A stretch of 64,000 bases of DNA from Octopus sinensis (Eukaryota), in NCBI RefSeq assembly GCF_006345805.1, contig NC_043002.1, positions 93,744,001 to 93,808,000 of the forward strand, in the 5' to 3' direction. Within the stretch, counting starts at the first letter, position 1, and the number at the start of each line of letters is the position of its first letter. Made by a program: the position numbers and the translations under genes. Below the pieces are notes generated by a model. It made no database searches. It was not told where the DNA came from and saw only the letters and a list, made by a program, of their open reading frames with translations. Positions 24,657 through 39,261 of this stretch are shown here, piece by piece.

Positions 24657-24701
24657 CATATAAATATATATATATATATAATATATATACATATATATAT
24701 A

Positions 24702-24774
<73 letters not shown>

Positions 24775-24889
24775 TATATATATAATGTATATATATATAT
24801 ATATATATAGATATATATATATATATATATAAATACATCGCTTGCGACTAAACCTTTTCTATTTTTCTCTCCTGTTTATTTCTGTGTTC

Positions 24890-24925
24890 CTTTCTGTCGA
24901 AGAACATAGACTCGAAACGTAAAAG
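24890..24925 (+). ncRNA. Degenerate minimal hammerhead-like motif
   Basis: CUUU-CUGUCGA-A-GAAC AUAG ACUC-GAAA-CG-UA^AAAG. A6 is changed and helix II is damaged; same layout as 54023-54057. Confidence 0.4.
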
Positions 24926-25029
24926 AGTTTCTCACTTCCCGAGCGTTAAACTATTACATCTGTTTGTTCATTTACACACACGTCTTTTTTGTTTTTTTTT
25001 GTAAATTGCCACTATATATATTATACATA

Positions 25030-25078
<49 letters not shown>

Positions 25079-25156
25079 ATATATATATATATATATATAA
25101 TATATATGTGTGTGTACAGATATATATACATATACATATACATACACACACCTATA

Positions 25157-25187
<31 letters not shown>

Positions 25188-25380
25188 GTTAAATAAGATT
25201 CGGGTAGAACCTTGTAGCATGCTATGCCAAGCTCGTCCACAGCCTTTGGTTACGTCGTGTCATCATACAGTGAAAATGCTTTTGCAAATGGATATACATC
25301 AGGAATTCCATACTAGCCGTAGACTTTATATACAAGATAGATGATAGAAAATGGAATGAACGTCTTTCTTTATTTAAAAT

Positions 25381-25426
25381 CACTACAATTGTTTCGACAC
25401 ATTTTCGTACTCGTATTACATTGGTG
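25381..25426 (-). ncRNA. Hammerhead relic (3' half intact)
   Basis: GAAA-CAAUUG-UA^GUG pairs with an upstream CAC, but the CUGANGA box is decayed. Confidence 0.3.
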
Positions 25427-26009
25427 GGATGTTGTGTAGAAACCCTGTCTATTAGTGAATAACCGCAGATTGTCCTTTTGGAATGAATGTTTAGATAAGT
25501 CCTTCGTAAGAACCTACTCTCATTCCACTGTGTGTGAAATTGCATACCCAAAGCAGTGTTATTTTCAGCAGTTTACAGACAAAACTAAACACAGAAATAT
25601 AGTGACAGACAAAATACGACAATATTCAAAATAAAAAATACAGAAATATAGAGAAAAAGGTTGACGGTGGGGGGGAAGGGAGTCAAGTTGACTATAAACC
25701 ATAATACTATCTTCATGGCCAGATGATAAGGAAGAAAGTGCAAAGCAAAATGAAAAATAAAATTGAGTGTTTAGAGATAATAAAGTGATAAAGTGATGAA
25801 GACCGGCCAGTTCTGTACTTATCAGCAGTTTCTTTGTTTCTTTGTTTCTTTGAAGGATCTGAATTACCCTATGTCCTTCGTGACAAAACAATTGGCCCCA
25901 TTCTACACTCCAATCAGCTCCTATTTAAAGTTAATTTATTACAGGCTAGCTTTTATATATTTTTTGAAACATATAGAAAAATAAGTTAGAAGGTATATCC
26001 CCACTTCCA

Positions 26010-26682
26010 AGCACACACACATACATACATACATACATACATACATACATACATACATACATACATACATACATACATACATGCATGCATACAACATACA
26101 TCTATACAAACATACATACATGCATCCAAATACATAACATTCATACATACATGCATACTACACACATACATACATATACATACATACATTCATACATATT
26201 CATACATACATACATACATACATACATACATTCATACATACATACATACATACATTCATACATACATACATACATACATACATGCATGCATACATACATA
26301 CATACATGCATGCATACATACATACATTCATACATACATACATACATACATACATTCATACATACATGCGTACATGCATACATACATACATACATACATG
26401 CATGCGTACATACATACATACATACATACATATATACATACATACATACATACAGACATACATACATACATGCATGCATGCATACATACATACATACATA
26501 CATACATACATGCATACATACATAACTACATACATATAGACATATATACATACAAACATACATACATACATGCATGCATGCATGCATGCATACATACATA
26601 CATGCATCCATCCATACATACATACATGCATGCATACATACATACATACATACATACATACATACATACATACATACATACG
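26010..26682. repeat. (TACA)n/(TGCA) compound microsatellite
   Basis: About 670 bp of tetranucleotide repeat. Confidence 0.95.
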
Positions 26683-27489
26683 TAGTCTTTCAATCATCCG
26701 CCTACAAGGTAGTGTATACGGTGTTTTATATACATACACTCGTATACGCTTCTTACATATATTCGCATGTATCTTTTTATACACACACACACACATACAT
26801 GTGTGTGTATATATATGTTGATATCTCTTTTATATAATATGATGTTTCGTCGATACACCTTGCTGGTTTCCCTATTATGATGGCACTCCAAAATAAAATT
26901 GTTCAACTGTGTAATTATTATTACGAAACATTTATGTTACGCTCGTAAGATCGCATGCGTACGCGCACACAATGAAAGAAGGTGGTGTCACCCAAACACT
27001 GACGATTATGTAGTAAAAGGGCAACGCTCCTTTCTTTGGAAAATATGCATTTACAGCATCCTAGTTAAGAAATGAGGCCAATAAAATGTGGGGGAAGTTA
27101 CGTAGATTCAGAGAAGTAGGACGGCAACTGCTGCTAAGTTCCTCTCGTCTCCCTCACTTACAGATGTGACTTCTAAATGTAACCACCTCCACTACTGTGA
27201 ACTTTTAATGATACTCTTTCCTAACACTCGTATTTCATTAAGGGCTTGTTGCATATTTATTTACGTACCTATATTCGTATGAAGCAGAAAAGAAAGAGAG
27301 GAGAAAGAGAAAGTAGAGTTAAGTTCAGGTTTAATCATACTTATCTTTCGTTTGTATTTTAACCCAATTCCTAAACGGGAGTTTCCCTCAATTTTTCTCT
27401 TGGATTGTTATTTTTTCCACCCACCTTTTTCCAAGCTTAGAATAAACACGTTACATTCAGGGTTATAGCATGGGTATAATAACTGTAAA

Positions 27490-27812
27490 GTGAGGGCGCG
27501 TGGCTTAGTGGTTAGGGCATTCGGCTCATGATCGTAAGGTTGTGAGTTCGATTCCCGGCGACGCGTTGTGTCCTTGAGCAAGACACTTTATTTCACGTTG
27601 CTCCAGTCCACTCAGCTGGCAAAAATGAGTTGTACTTGTATTTCAAAGGGTCAGCCTTGTCACTCTCTGTGTCACGCTGATTATCCCCGAGAACTACGTT
27701 AAGGGTACACGTGTCTGTGGAATGCTCAGCCATTTGCACGTTAAGTTCACGAGCAAGCTGTTCCGTTGATCGTATCAGCTGGGACCCTCGTCGTCGTAAC
27801 CGGCGGAGTCTT
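27490..27812 (+). mobile_element. tRNA-derived SINE family D with 13-bp TSD
   Basis: A box TGGCTTAGTGG, B box GAGTTCGATTCC, central GTGTCCTTGAGCAAGACACTT (Meta/V-domain-like). TAATAACTGTAAA at 27477-27489 and 27813-27825. Confidence 0.85.
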
Positions 27813-27851
27813 TAATAACTGTAAAACAATTATGTATGATAAAAAGTTTCT

Positions 27852-27980
27852 CTCCCAAACACATGGTTCCGGGTTCAGTCCCACTGTGGGGCACCATGGG
27901 TAAGTGTTTTCTCTTATAGCCCTGAGCCGACAAAAGCCTTATGAGTAGATGTGGTAAACAGAAACTGAAAGAAGCCCATT
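27852..27980 (+). mobile_element. SINE family A head (diverged)
   Basis: CACATGGTTCCGGGTTCAGTCCCACTG...GAAACTGAAAGAAGCCC. Confidence 0.8.
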
Positions 27981-28049
27981 ATGTGTGTGCGTGTTTGTGC
28001 GTATGCATGCGTGTGCGTGTGCGTGTATGTGTGTATATGTTATAGGCCT

Positions 28050-28882
28050 TTTTATACTTCTTTTATTTTCCAAAATTAAGATAAACGAAGTTCTTTTTTA
28101 ATTTAAAATATACTCTCCTTCATTTTCTACAATGCTCTTCCATCTATCTGGTAGACTTACAAGGCCCCTCTTCTGAAATTCACTTGTCCATAATGAAAAA
28201 TACTCCTCCAGTACTGTTCTGACCGTGTCTACAGAATTCATATTTTTTCCGCCCAAATGATTTTAAAGACTGCGGAATAAATGATAATCAGATGGGGCAA
28301 TGTCATTCTCGCTGCATGTGGCCGAGCATTATCCTGATGGAAGAACACCTTGTGTCTTGAACCAAAGATGGTCGTTTTCGGATGGTACGCAGGTGTCGAT
28401 GAATGGTTGAATGACCTAAATCCAGGCTTCTTTGCTAGTTTCTCAACAGTTACGATGACATTTTGTTCCACCAGGGTTTGCAGGACGTCCTCCTCAAACT
28501 CTACAGCTCTTCCAGGACGAGGCTCGTTTTCTAGGCTGTAGTTTCCGGCTCGGAATTTTTGGAACCAACGTTGACACTGGCTTACGCTTATTATTCGATC
28601 TCCATATACTGCATTAATATTCCTCGCACTTTCCATTGCGTTGTTGCCTTTATTGAACTCATAAAGCAAAATATGCGGAATATGCTCCTTTGTCCCTTCC
28701 ATTATAGCTTTGAAAAAATAGCTGTTAAAATCGAACTGCACTCTTCAAAACTTGCACTAAGAATAAGTACAAGATAAATTACTTCCTGATTTTATGACAA
28801 GTTGATGCAGGTAGTTTATCCCGTCCCTATCGACTTTTAGTTCATGCAATTGAAAAAACTGCATTATTTATGGGATGACCCA
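28050..28882 (-). mobile_element. Internally deleted mariner
   Basis: 'KEHIPHILLYEFNKG...CQRWFQKFRAGNYSLENEPRPGR', 'FHQDNARPHAARMT', 'SLPDRWKSIVENEGEYI'; one TIR-like end. Confidence 0.85.
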
Positions 28883-28926
28883 TTATATATATATATATAT
28901 ACACATACATACATATCTATATACAT

Positions 28927-28976
<50 letters not shown>

Positions 28977-29591
28977 AGATTTGTGTGAGAGTGTGTGCGT
29001 GTGCGTGCGTGCGAGTATGTGTGTATGTGTTGTGTGTGTGTGTATCTACGTATATGTACCTTTGTGTTTCTGTTTGTCCTGCAACACCGCTTGACAATCG
29101 GTGTTGGTTTGCTTACGTTTGCTTACGAAGAAGTAGCTGGATTTAAAGATAGGTAAGTTCTGCAGTTGATTTCGTTTGGCTAAAAAAAAAACCTTCAAGG
29201 CGGTGCTCCAGCATGGCCGCATTCCGATACTTGAAATAAGTAATATATATATATTAACTTGGAAACATATGTAGCCTGGATTTTACCTGCTCCAATTTCT
29301 CAGTTTGGATTTTTATTCGCGTACATAGCAGCCCTGGTTGCTAATCGTGAACTATAAAATAACCTTTTTCAGCTTATAGAACTTCGATATGGGCAAAACC
29401 TACAACCTTCTAAGCCAATAAACTACTATTGTTCCAGAAAGTTGTTTAATTTTTTATACTTTCTACGGAGTGCCCGAAGCTTCCTAATTTGTTACACCTT
29501 GATCTTTGTATCTTACATTTACATATTATATACCTATGTGCATGTGTGTGTGAGAGAGAGAGAGCGTGCGAGTGTGTATATGTATGTACCT

Positions 29592-29756
29592 CTCTTTTAC
29601 TCTCTTTTACTTGTCACCACCTTTAATCGAGCAACTCGACCCCGGGACTTATTCTTTTGTAAGCCCAGTACTTTTGTAAGTACCGCTAAGTAAGCACACC
29701 AGCATCGGTTGTCAAGCAATGCTAGGAGGACAAACACAGACACACAAACACACACA

Positions 29757-29798
<42 letters not shown>

Positions 29799-29862
29799 AT
29801 TAAAATTTTATGTATTGATTAAGTCTTTCCTTGTTTGGTTTTAAAATAGTGGTTTTGTCTCG

Positions 29863-29903
<41 letters not shown>

Positions 29904-30060
29904 CGACGGGCTTCTTTCAGTTTCCGTCTACCAAATCCACTCACTTTGGTCGGCCGGAGGCTATAGTAGAAGACACTTGCCCAAGGTGCCACACAGTGGG
30001 ACTGAACCCGGAACCATGTGGTTGGTAAACAAGCTACTTATCACACAGCCACTCCTACGC
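29592..30060 (-). mobile_element. SINE family A with internal deletions
   Basis: Head at 29905-30060 and tail at 29592-29760, separated by an AT-rich tract. Confidence 0.82.
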
Positions 30061-30256
30061 CTTATATAAATAAGTATATATATAATATATATATACTTGT
30101 ATGTGTGCGTGCGTGTGTATAAACATAAATACACACGCGCACCGACGTACACACACATTACTGCTTGTTTTAATATCAGATTATATATAAAAGCGATTTA
30201 ACATTAGACTGAAGCGCTACTCAATGCTTTTTAGTAGTATACATATCACCCCTTCT

Positions 30257-30289
<33 letters not shown>

Positions 30290-30478
30290 AATCTTTCCAG
30301 TTGTCACATCTTCGATGTTCCCCTGGGTAAAGGGTGAGTGGACTGGGAGAGTGTCTATGACTGTATAGACGTCTAAAACAAATAGCGAAGCTGGTACACA
30401 TGATCAAGGCATACCCGCTTTTGCACGCGCATGTATATATTATTTCCTTGCTAATACAAGCACTTATTTTATTTAACA

Positions 30479-30872
30479 CTAGCAGTATCGCCAGGCGTTG
30501 CTCGGGTTTGTAAGGGAAATAACTATATAAGCATTTTTAGAGATGTAAAGTATAATAGCCATCTCAATATGGATAACCACAAGGGGGGGTGTTACTGTAG
30601 CTTTTTACGTTCTGAGATTTAATAATAAATTTTTAGAGAGTTACTTCCCTTATATATGCCAAAAATGCATTAAAAATGGGAAAAATTGATGGTAATTTTT
30701 TTTTAAATCGTAGACTCGTCGTAGACGCGCGCTAATACCAAGAAGGACTCGATATGAATCACGACTATAAGATACCCGGTTTTGGTTAAATTGCACCGCA
30801 AAATGTGGGAGTAGTTAGGAATCTAAATCGTAGGAGACAGACAGCACACAACCTCACTTTTATATATAAAGA
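30479..30872 (-). mobile_element. Non-autonomous Helitron
   Basis: CTAG terminus at 30479 and GA|T at 30872; carries a distinct insert of about 100 bp. Confidence 0.88.
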
Positions 30873-30932
30873 TATACACGCTCACACACGACCTGTGAGG
30901 GGTCTAAGGCAGGTCTTGTGTGAGCGTGTATA

Positions 30933-31260
30933 TCTTAATATATAAAACTAAGAATGTGTGCGTGTGTGTGTGTGTGTGAGAGAAAGTCTGTCTGGCTGTC
31001 TGTCTGTGTGAATCCCTAAAACTCGAGAACTGATTTCATTCAAATTTTACATATACCTTATTTAGGGTCCACACAGTGTCACGCACCAAATAAATTTTCA
31101 ACTTCTTGCTTAATGCGAGCCCGGGGCAATCGCTTATCTTTTACACTATTTCAGTATTACGTTTCAAAAGTGAAACAATAACATCTCTCTGTTGTAATGT
31201 GATATACTTTCAGTTTAACAGTTTCAGTATTAAAACTGAAACGATTCAAGTTAAATTATT
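30933..31260 (+). mobile_element. 5' part of a different non-autonomous Helitron-like family
   Basis: A|TCTTAATATATAAAA start, (GT)n/(GTCT)n subterminal microsatellite, then Lep1-like body (ATTTCATTCAAATTTTAC). No 3' CTAG seen. Confidence 0.55.
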
Positions 31261-31361
31261 ATCTTACATATATATCTAACATATATACATGCATACATAC
31301 ATACGTACATGCATACATACACACACTCACACATACATACTTACATACATACATATATACA

Positions 31362-31397
<36 letters not shown>

Positions 31398-31447
31398 TAT
31401 ATACATATATATACATACATATACATACATATATATATTATAATATA

Positions 31448-31489
<42 letters not shown>

Positions 31490-31591
31490 GTATGTATTAT
31501 ATATGCTTGTGTGTGTATAGATATCTGCATGTATATATATATGTGTGTGTATATACACATCTGCACATATGTTTGTGTGTATATATATATG

Positions 31592-31648
<57 letters not shown>

Positions 31649-31871
31649 TGTGTAGATACATATATGTATATATCTATACTTGTATATATATAGATTTATA
31701 TGTATATATATGTATATATGTATGTATGCATAAATATATATATATATAGTGTGTGTGTGTGTGTGTATACATATGTGAATGCTTCTATGTATATTGTATA
31801 TTATGGATAATTTCGATAATATGTATTGAATGGATATATATATACACCGACCTTTGAAATACTCCCTCTAC

Positions 31872-31967
<96 letters not shown>

Positions 31968-32224
31968 TTATCTATCTATCAGCCTATCTAGCTACCTATA
32001 TTTCCATCTATGCATTTTCATTGTTATGGAACTGCACCCCTCCCAAAAAACAAAAAGCAAAAAAACAAAAACAATGTTCTCTTCTAAACAATTCCCCCCA
32101 ACATCTGTTTTATATATTTGATAAGTTCGAGAAACTAATGGAAGCGCTAATAATAATGAAGAAATAAAAAGATTTTTTCCAAAATTCAATAAACAGTTAC
32201 CAGGGTAGCAAAATTCACACAAGT

Positions 32225-32273
32225 AACACTGATGAAGCGACCTATTCGAAGGTAGAAACTCCGAGTTAATGTG
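32225..32273 (+). ncRNA. Degenerate hammerhead motif after a possible PLE ORF end
   Basis: CUGAUGA (32229-35), ACCU/AGGU hairpin, GAAA (32255-58), A-CUC-C-GAG-U helix III; helix I poor. Preceded by 'KLMEALIIMKK', reminiscent of GIY-YIG C-termini. Confidence 0.45.
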
Positions 32274-32337
32274 CAGTAATTCGTGTAGTATAAGTAAATA
32301 AATGGCGTTGAACGAAGATGTTATTAAAATTCTTTTA

Positions 32338-32420
32338 CTTTCGACATATGTTTCGAAGACAACATTGGTTTTATTCCAAAGGAATAAACAGTGTAAAATG
32401 CAATCTTCTCATCAGGAAAG
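32338..32420 (-). ncRNA. Canonical type I hammerhead ribozyme
   Basis: CUUUC-CUGAUGA-GAAGA...UCUUC-GAAA-CAUAUG-UC^GAAAG: all core nucleotides present, perfect 5-bp helices I and II, palindromic helix III, GUC triplet. Confidence 0.88.
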
Positions 32421-32524
32421 AAAGAGAGCGTATCTCAACAACAAGACATTATAACAATTACGATGACTGCCTAAATAAACAGAACGTTATTAAGTATATC
32501 ATAATAACGTTATTAAGTAAATCT

Positions 32525-33730
32525 TATACTGTAGACTTCGAATTAGCTTTCTCCTTTCTGGTTTTGAGAAGCCTAATTTCTCAACATTGCTATTTAGGCA
32601 GTGAGTTACATATCCCAGGGTCCCAATAATTACAGGTATAAACCTGAACTTGAAATCTGGATAGAGTAACTGTAGATTTCTCAATAGTTCTCTTTTTCAC
32701 TGATCTTCAGCTTTATGTTAATATCTGCTGTGCAGCTAATTTCTACAACTGTGCCCAGTTTCTCTTCTCTATCCCAAATCATTATATCAGGTCTGTTGTG
32801 CTTACATTTTATTGAGGTCTTCACTGGTACATTCCACCAGTATTCCTTTTCATTATGAGTGACTATGGCTTCTACCATATTGTGGATTTTTATTTCTTTG
32901 TCCTCGGGATTATCCTTCTGACGGATTTCATTATAGAGCGTCCTAGCTACAACGTCACGTCTCATCGTTAGATAATACCGTGATGACATTTCTGGACAAC
33001 TGCTTATGATGTGGGTGATATCTTCAGTGTGAACTCCACAAAGTCTGCATTGGTTGTCACATTTTACGGCTTGTCCCGCATCTCTATCCCTTTTGTGCAT
33101 CAGGTACTTGGTTGATATTTCCTGTTTCTGGATTGCTAACGCATATCCTTCAAAGCGGGAGGGAAATTATCCGGATATTGGTCCATGATAAACTGCTTTG
33201 ATGATCGATGTTATTATCATCACAGAGCTGTCTAGTAACATATCCATGCATAGTCTTCTGCTCATACAGGCTCATCTTTTTATCTGATGATACGTTGCAG
33301 TAGAGTCATGCGACTTCTTTGGGCATGTATTCTAGGTTATCAGACAAAGATTATTGCTCAAGGAACTGCCTTCCAAGTTTTATGATGTTATCAGCCTCGT
33401 GTATGCAAACTTGGCCAAGAGATGTACTTCGACACTTGGCGGTTAAAATATGTGGCCGAAGGGATATCATACGACATTCAAAGGCCTCTGCCGTCTTGTT
33501 TTCGTTTTAAGTAGAGGCGGTCTACGTCACTGCTTATGTGGAGATTACATGAGCTTGTTAGTATTTTTCAGGTTTTCACATCAGTGACTTGTATCTCATA
33601 CAGATTCATCCTTTCATCTGATGATATGTTGCGGTAGAGTTGTGCAACTTCTTTCGGCATGTATTCTAGGTTATCAGATAAAGATTACTGCTCAAGGAGC
33701 TGCTTTCCAAGTCTTATGATGTTATCAACT
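32525..33730 (-). mobile_element. RLE-type (R4/Dong-like) LINE fragment, second family
   Basis: 'SSDVDRLYLKRKQDGRGL', CCHC 'CRLCGVHTEDITHIISSC', RLE 'HNRPDIMIWD...VEISC', 'FIPVIIGTLGYVT'. The 3' end is missing. Confidence 0.85.
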
Positions 33731-33906
33731 GTATGTATGTATGTATGTATGTATGTATGTATGTATGTATGTATGTATGTATGGGTGTGTGTGTATGTAT
33801 GTATGTATGTATGTATGGGTGTGTGTGTGTATGTATGTATGTATGTATGTATGTATGTATGTATGGGTGTGTGTGTGTATGTATGTATGTATGTATGTAT
33901 GTATGG

Positions 33907-33940
<34 letters not shown>

Positions 33941-34290
33941 ATGTATGTATGTATGGGTGTGTGTGTGTATGTATGTATGTATGTATGTATGCATGCATGC
34001 ATGTATGTATGTATGTATGCATGCATGTATGTATGTATGTATGTATGTATGTATGGGTGTGTGTATGTATGTATGTATGGGTGTGTGTGTGTATGTATGT
34101 ATGTATGTATGTATGTATGGGTGTGTGTGTGTATGTATGTATGTATGTATGTATTGTATGCATGCATGCATGTATGTATGTATGTATGCATGCATGTATG
34201 CATGTATGTATGTATGTATGTATGTATGTATGTATGTATGTATGTATGTATGTATGTATGTATGTATGTATGTATGTGCGTGTGTATGTG
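33731..34290. repeat. (TATG)n/(TG)n compound microsatellite
   Basis: Directly visible. Confidence 0.95.
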
Positions 34291-34560
34291 TATAGTGAAG
34301 TTGGGAAAAGAGGAAACAAACGGAGTAGGAAAATGAACATTATGCTAACTTTTAGCAAAGTTTTACACACCCAACAATATGAGTCAGGTTTTTAAGGTTA
34401 TTTAGTTAGAAACTAGTTGTAGATAATAACTGTATACAACGTAATTTGTAATATATTATAGCTGGCTACAGTTATCCACACACACATACACATACGCCAC
34501 ACTTATACACACGCACGCACAGGCACACACCAAACACACATACACACCTACATATATATA

Positions 34561-34626
<66 letters not shown>

Positions 34627-34760
34627 ATATATATATATATATATAATATATATAAATATAATATATATACACATACTGTATATATGTTATGTATATGTAT
34701 ATGTATATGTATATGAATATGTATATATATATATATATATTATATATATATATATATATA

Positions 34761-36705
<1,945 letters not shown>

Positions 36706-36766
36706 ATATATATATATATATATAATGTTGTGTGTGTGTGTGTGGTGTGTGTGTGTGTGTTGTGTA

Positions 36767-36798
<32 letters not shown>

Positions 36799-36804
36799 AA
36801 TATA

Positions 36805-36837
<33 letters not shown>

Positions 36838-36840
36838 ATA

Positions 36841-36899
<59 letters not shown>

Positions 36900-37010
36900 G
36901 AGTGGCTGTGTGGTAAGTACCTTGCTTACGAACCACATGGTAACCGGGTTCAGTCCCACTGTGTGGGACATTGGGCAAGTGTCTTCTACTATAGCCTCGG
37001 GCCGACCAAA
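36900..37010 (+). mobile_element. SINE family A head, truncated
   Basis: GAGTGGCTGTGTGGTAAG...GGGTTCAGTCCC...GGCCGACCAAA. Confidence 0.82.
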
Positions 37011-37298
37011 TTGTAAGCCCAACCCTGCTCCGAATGTTTTTACTTTTGGTTTTGTTGTGCTGCTCCAGTTCCGTGCGGAAGACTAGCAAAATTATTACTG
37101 ACTCAATATATTAAGAGATTCATAGTTTCGTATGTGGGTCTGATTCACTAGACATAAGATAGTTCCCCGCTACATCATTTATTACTTTTAGTTGTAATTT
37201 AGCGGTGTAAAAAAAAGCTGAAGGATCATTCAGTACTTTCGGCAGAGTAACATAAGTATGAGAAATATATAAGTATTATATATATATATATATATATA

Positions 37299-37515
37299 TT
37301 TCTTTACTGCCCACAAGGGGATAAACATAGAGGGGAAAAACAAGGGACTAAGTCGATTACATCGACCAGAGTGCGAAAATGGTACTTTATTTATCGACCC
37401 CGAAAGGATAAAGGCAAGTCAACCTCTGCGGATTTGAACTCACAACGTAACGACAGACGAAATACCGCTAAGCATTTCGCCCGGAGTGTTAACGTTTCTG
37501 CCAGCTCGCCGCCTT
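37299..37515 (-). mobile_element. SINE family B monomer
   Basis: Reverse complement homologous to 58359-58589. Confidence 0.85.
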
Positions 37516-37523
37516 ATAAGTAT

Positions 37524-37566
<43 letters not shown>

Positions 37567-37576
37567 TATATGTATA

Positions 37577-37630
<54 letters not shown>

Positions 37631-37679
37631 CATATATATATATGTGTGTGTGTGCATGTGCGTGTGTGTATGTGTGTAT

Positions 37680-37711
<32 letters not shown>

Positions 37712-37969
37712 GCACGTACGTATGTAGATATGCATATACGTATTTATGTATGTATATACTCTGTTTGCCATGTACTTCACATACAATTTTCAGTCGTATT
37801 TATTATACGTGAAAACACTACTGATAAGTTATTCAATGTCATACGGCTAATTTTAGATTTTTGATTCCAGACCGTCTGTATACTGATCACTGTAATCTCT
37901 GATAAGAAATCTCCTGTATACTGCTGATTGTGTCGCAAGCTATATTTTTATTGCTTGCGACACAATCAT

Positions 37970-39260
37970 TAGTATATGGGAGGTTTCAAACTCTTAAAGA
38001 TAATATTTCATCGGCATGTAACATGTTGGGATTCACAATAAATTTGCATAAAACTGTTGTTTTATCAGCCCCACTCTAGAAAGTTCCGTGCAGGTCCATC
38101 TAAAGCACAATGTACTTGACAAAGAAACCACTAGGAGGCTTTCCTTGAGTTTATAGCACATCTTGAATTTTCTATAATATACTAATATGATGTCATTTTG
38201 GCCTTACATATTAGATACTGGGATGTACAATTTCTTAACGTTCAACGGAATCATATTTGTCGTTAATACTGGCTCTTTGAAATAATTGTTTTCAATAACA
38301 AGGATTTTCATAGAACGTCTTAAGGTCATGCATTGAAGCTCTTCTCTCTTCTGAAGAATTTGTGAAGTAGAATCTTTATACATTTTAATCAGTTTATTCA
38401 ATAAATATAGCTGGTATTCTGTGAAGTTATTCAACTTACACCACTAGGAGGCGTTCCTTGATTTTATAGGACATTTAAAATTTTCTATGATAAACTAATG
38501 TGATTGTCAATTTGGCCTTCCATATTTCTCTTAATCATAATGTGAGCGCCGTCTTTCCGTTGAATGTTAAGAACTTGTTCGTACCAGTATCTAATTATTA
38601 CTTCTCTTCTTGGTTTCGTACAGTTCCAGTGGAAGTTTCGGTGTGAGTAATGCACGTTTTACAGCTGATATTAGTATTACTTTCTGATAATTAATATTCA
38701 GTCATGATTTATTATGGCTGAACTCCAATTTATTCCAGATCTTAGACCAAAATTATTTTAAGATCTCATACAAGATCTTTTTACAGGTATATAGTTTCTG
38801 ATTTACAGCCTGTAGGTTAGAATCACATCTGTCGTTAATACTGGCTCTTTAAAGTAATTGTTTTCTATAACAAAGATTTTCATAGAACGTCTAAAGCTCT
38901 GATATCTTCTGAAGAATTTCTAAAGTAGAATCTCTATGCATTTTAATCAGTTTATTCACTAGCCGTAGCTGGTGTTCTGTGAAGTTATTCAACTTATACC
39001 CCACAGCGGTATTTAAATATTCAGTTGTGCGTCTCAGGCTGTTTTAGTTTTCCAGTAACATTATCCATCCAGATGGCTTATGTTGGATTATATTAACCTC
39101 ATGAAATGCAGGTATCTTCCAGGTGTTTTTTTCAGAGTTGTAGTATAACTTTTAATATGTTTCTCGCCCCCGTTGATTACTGATAACTTCAAGAAATTAG
39201 AACTATTGGTGTTAGTAGTACTTTTAATGTTCCTGGTGTTGGTAGTGCTGTTGATATGAT
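37970..39260 (-). pseudogene. Unidentified decayed coding-like sequence with internal duplications
   Basis: Paralogous blocks 38250-38440 and 38820-39000 both read 'LNNFTE.QL.L.NKLIKM..DST..ILQK...SMKI.VIENNYFKEPVLTT'; 38130-38205 is similar to 38440-38525. Confidence 0.35.
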
Positions 39261-39261
39261 A

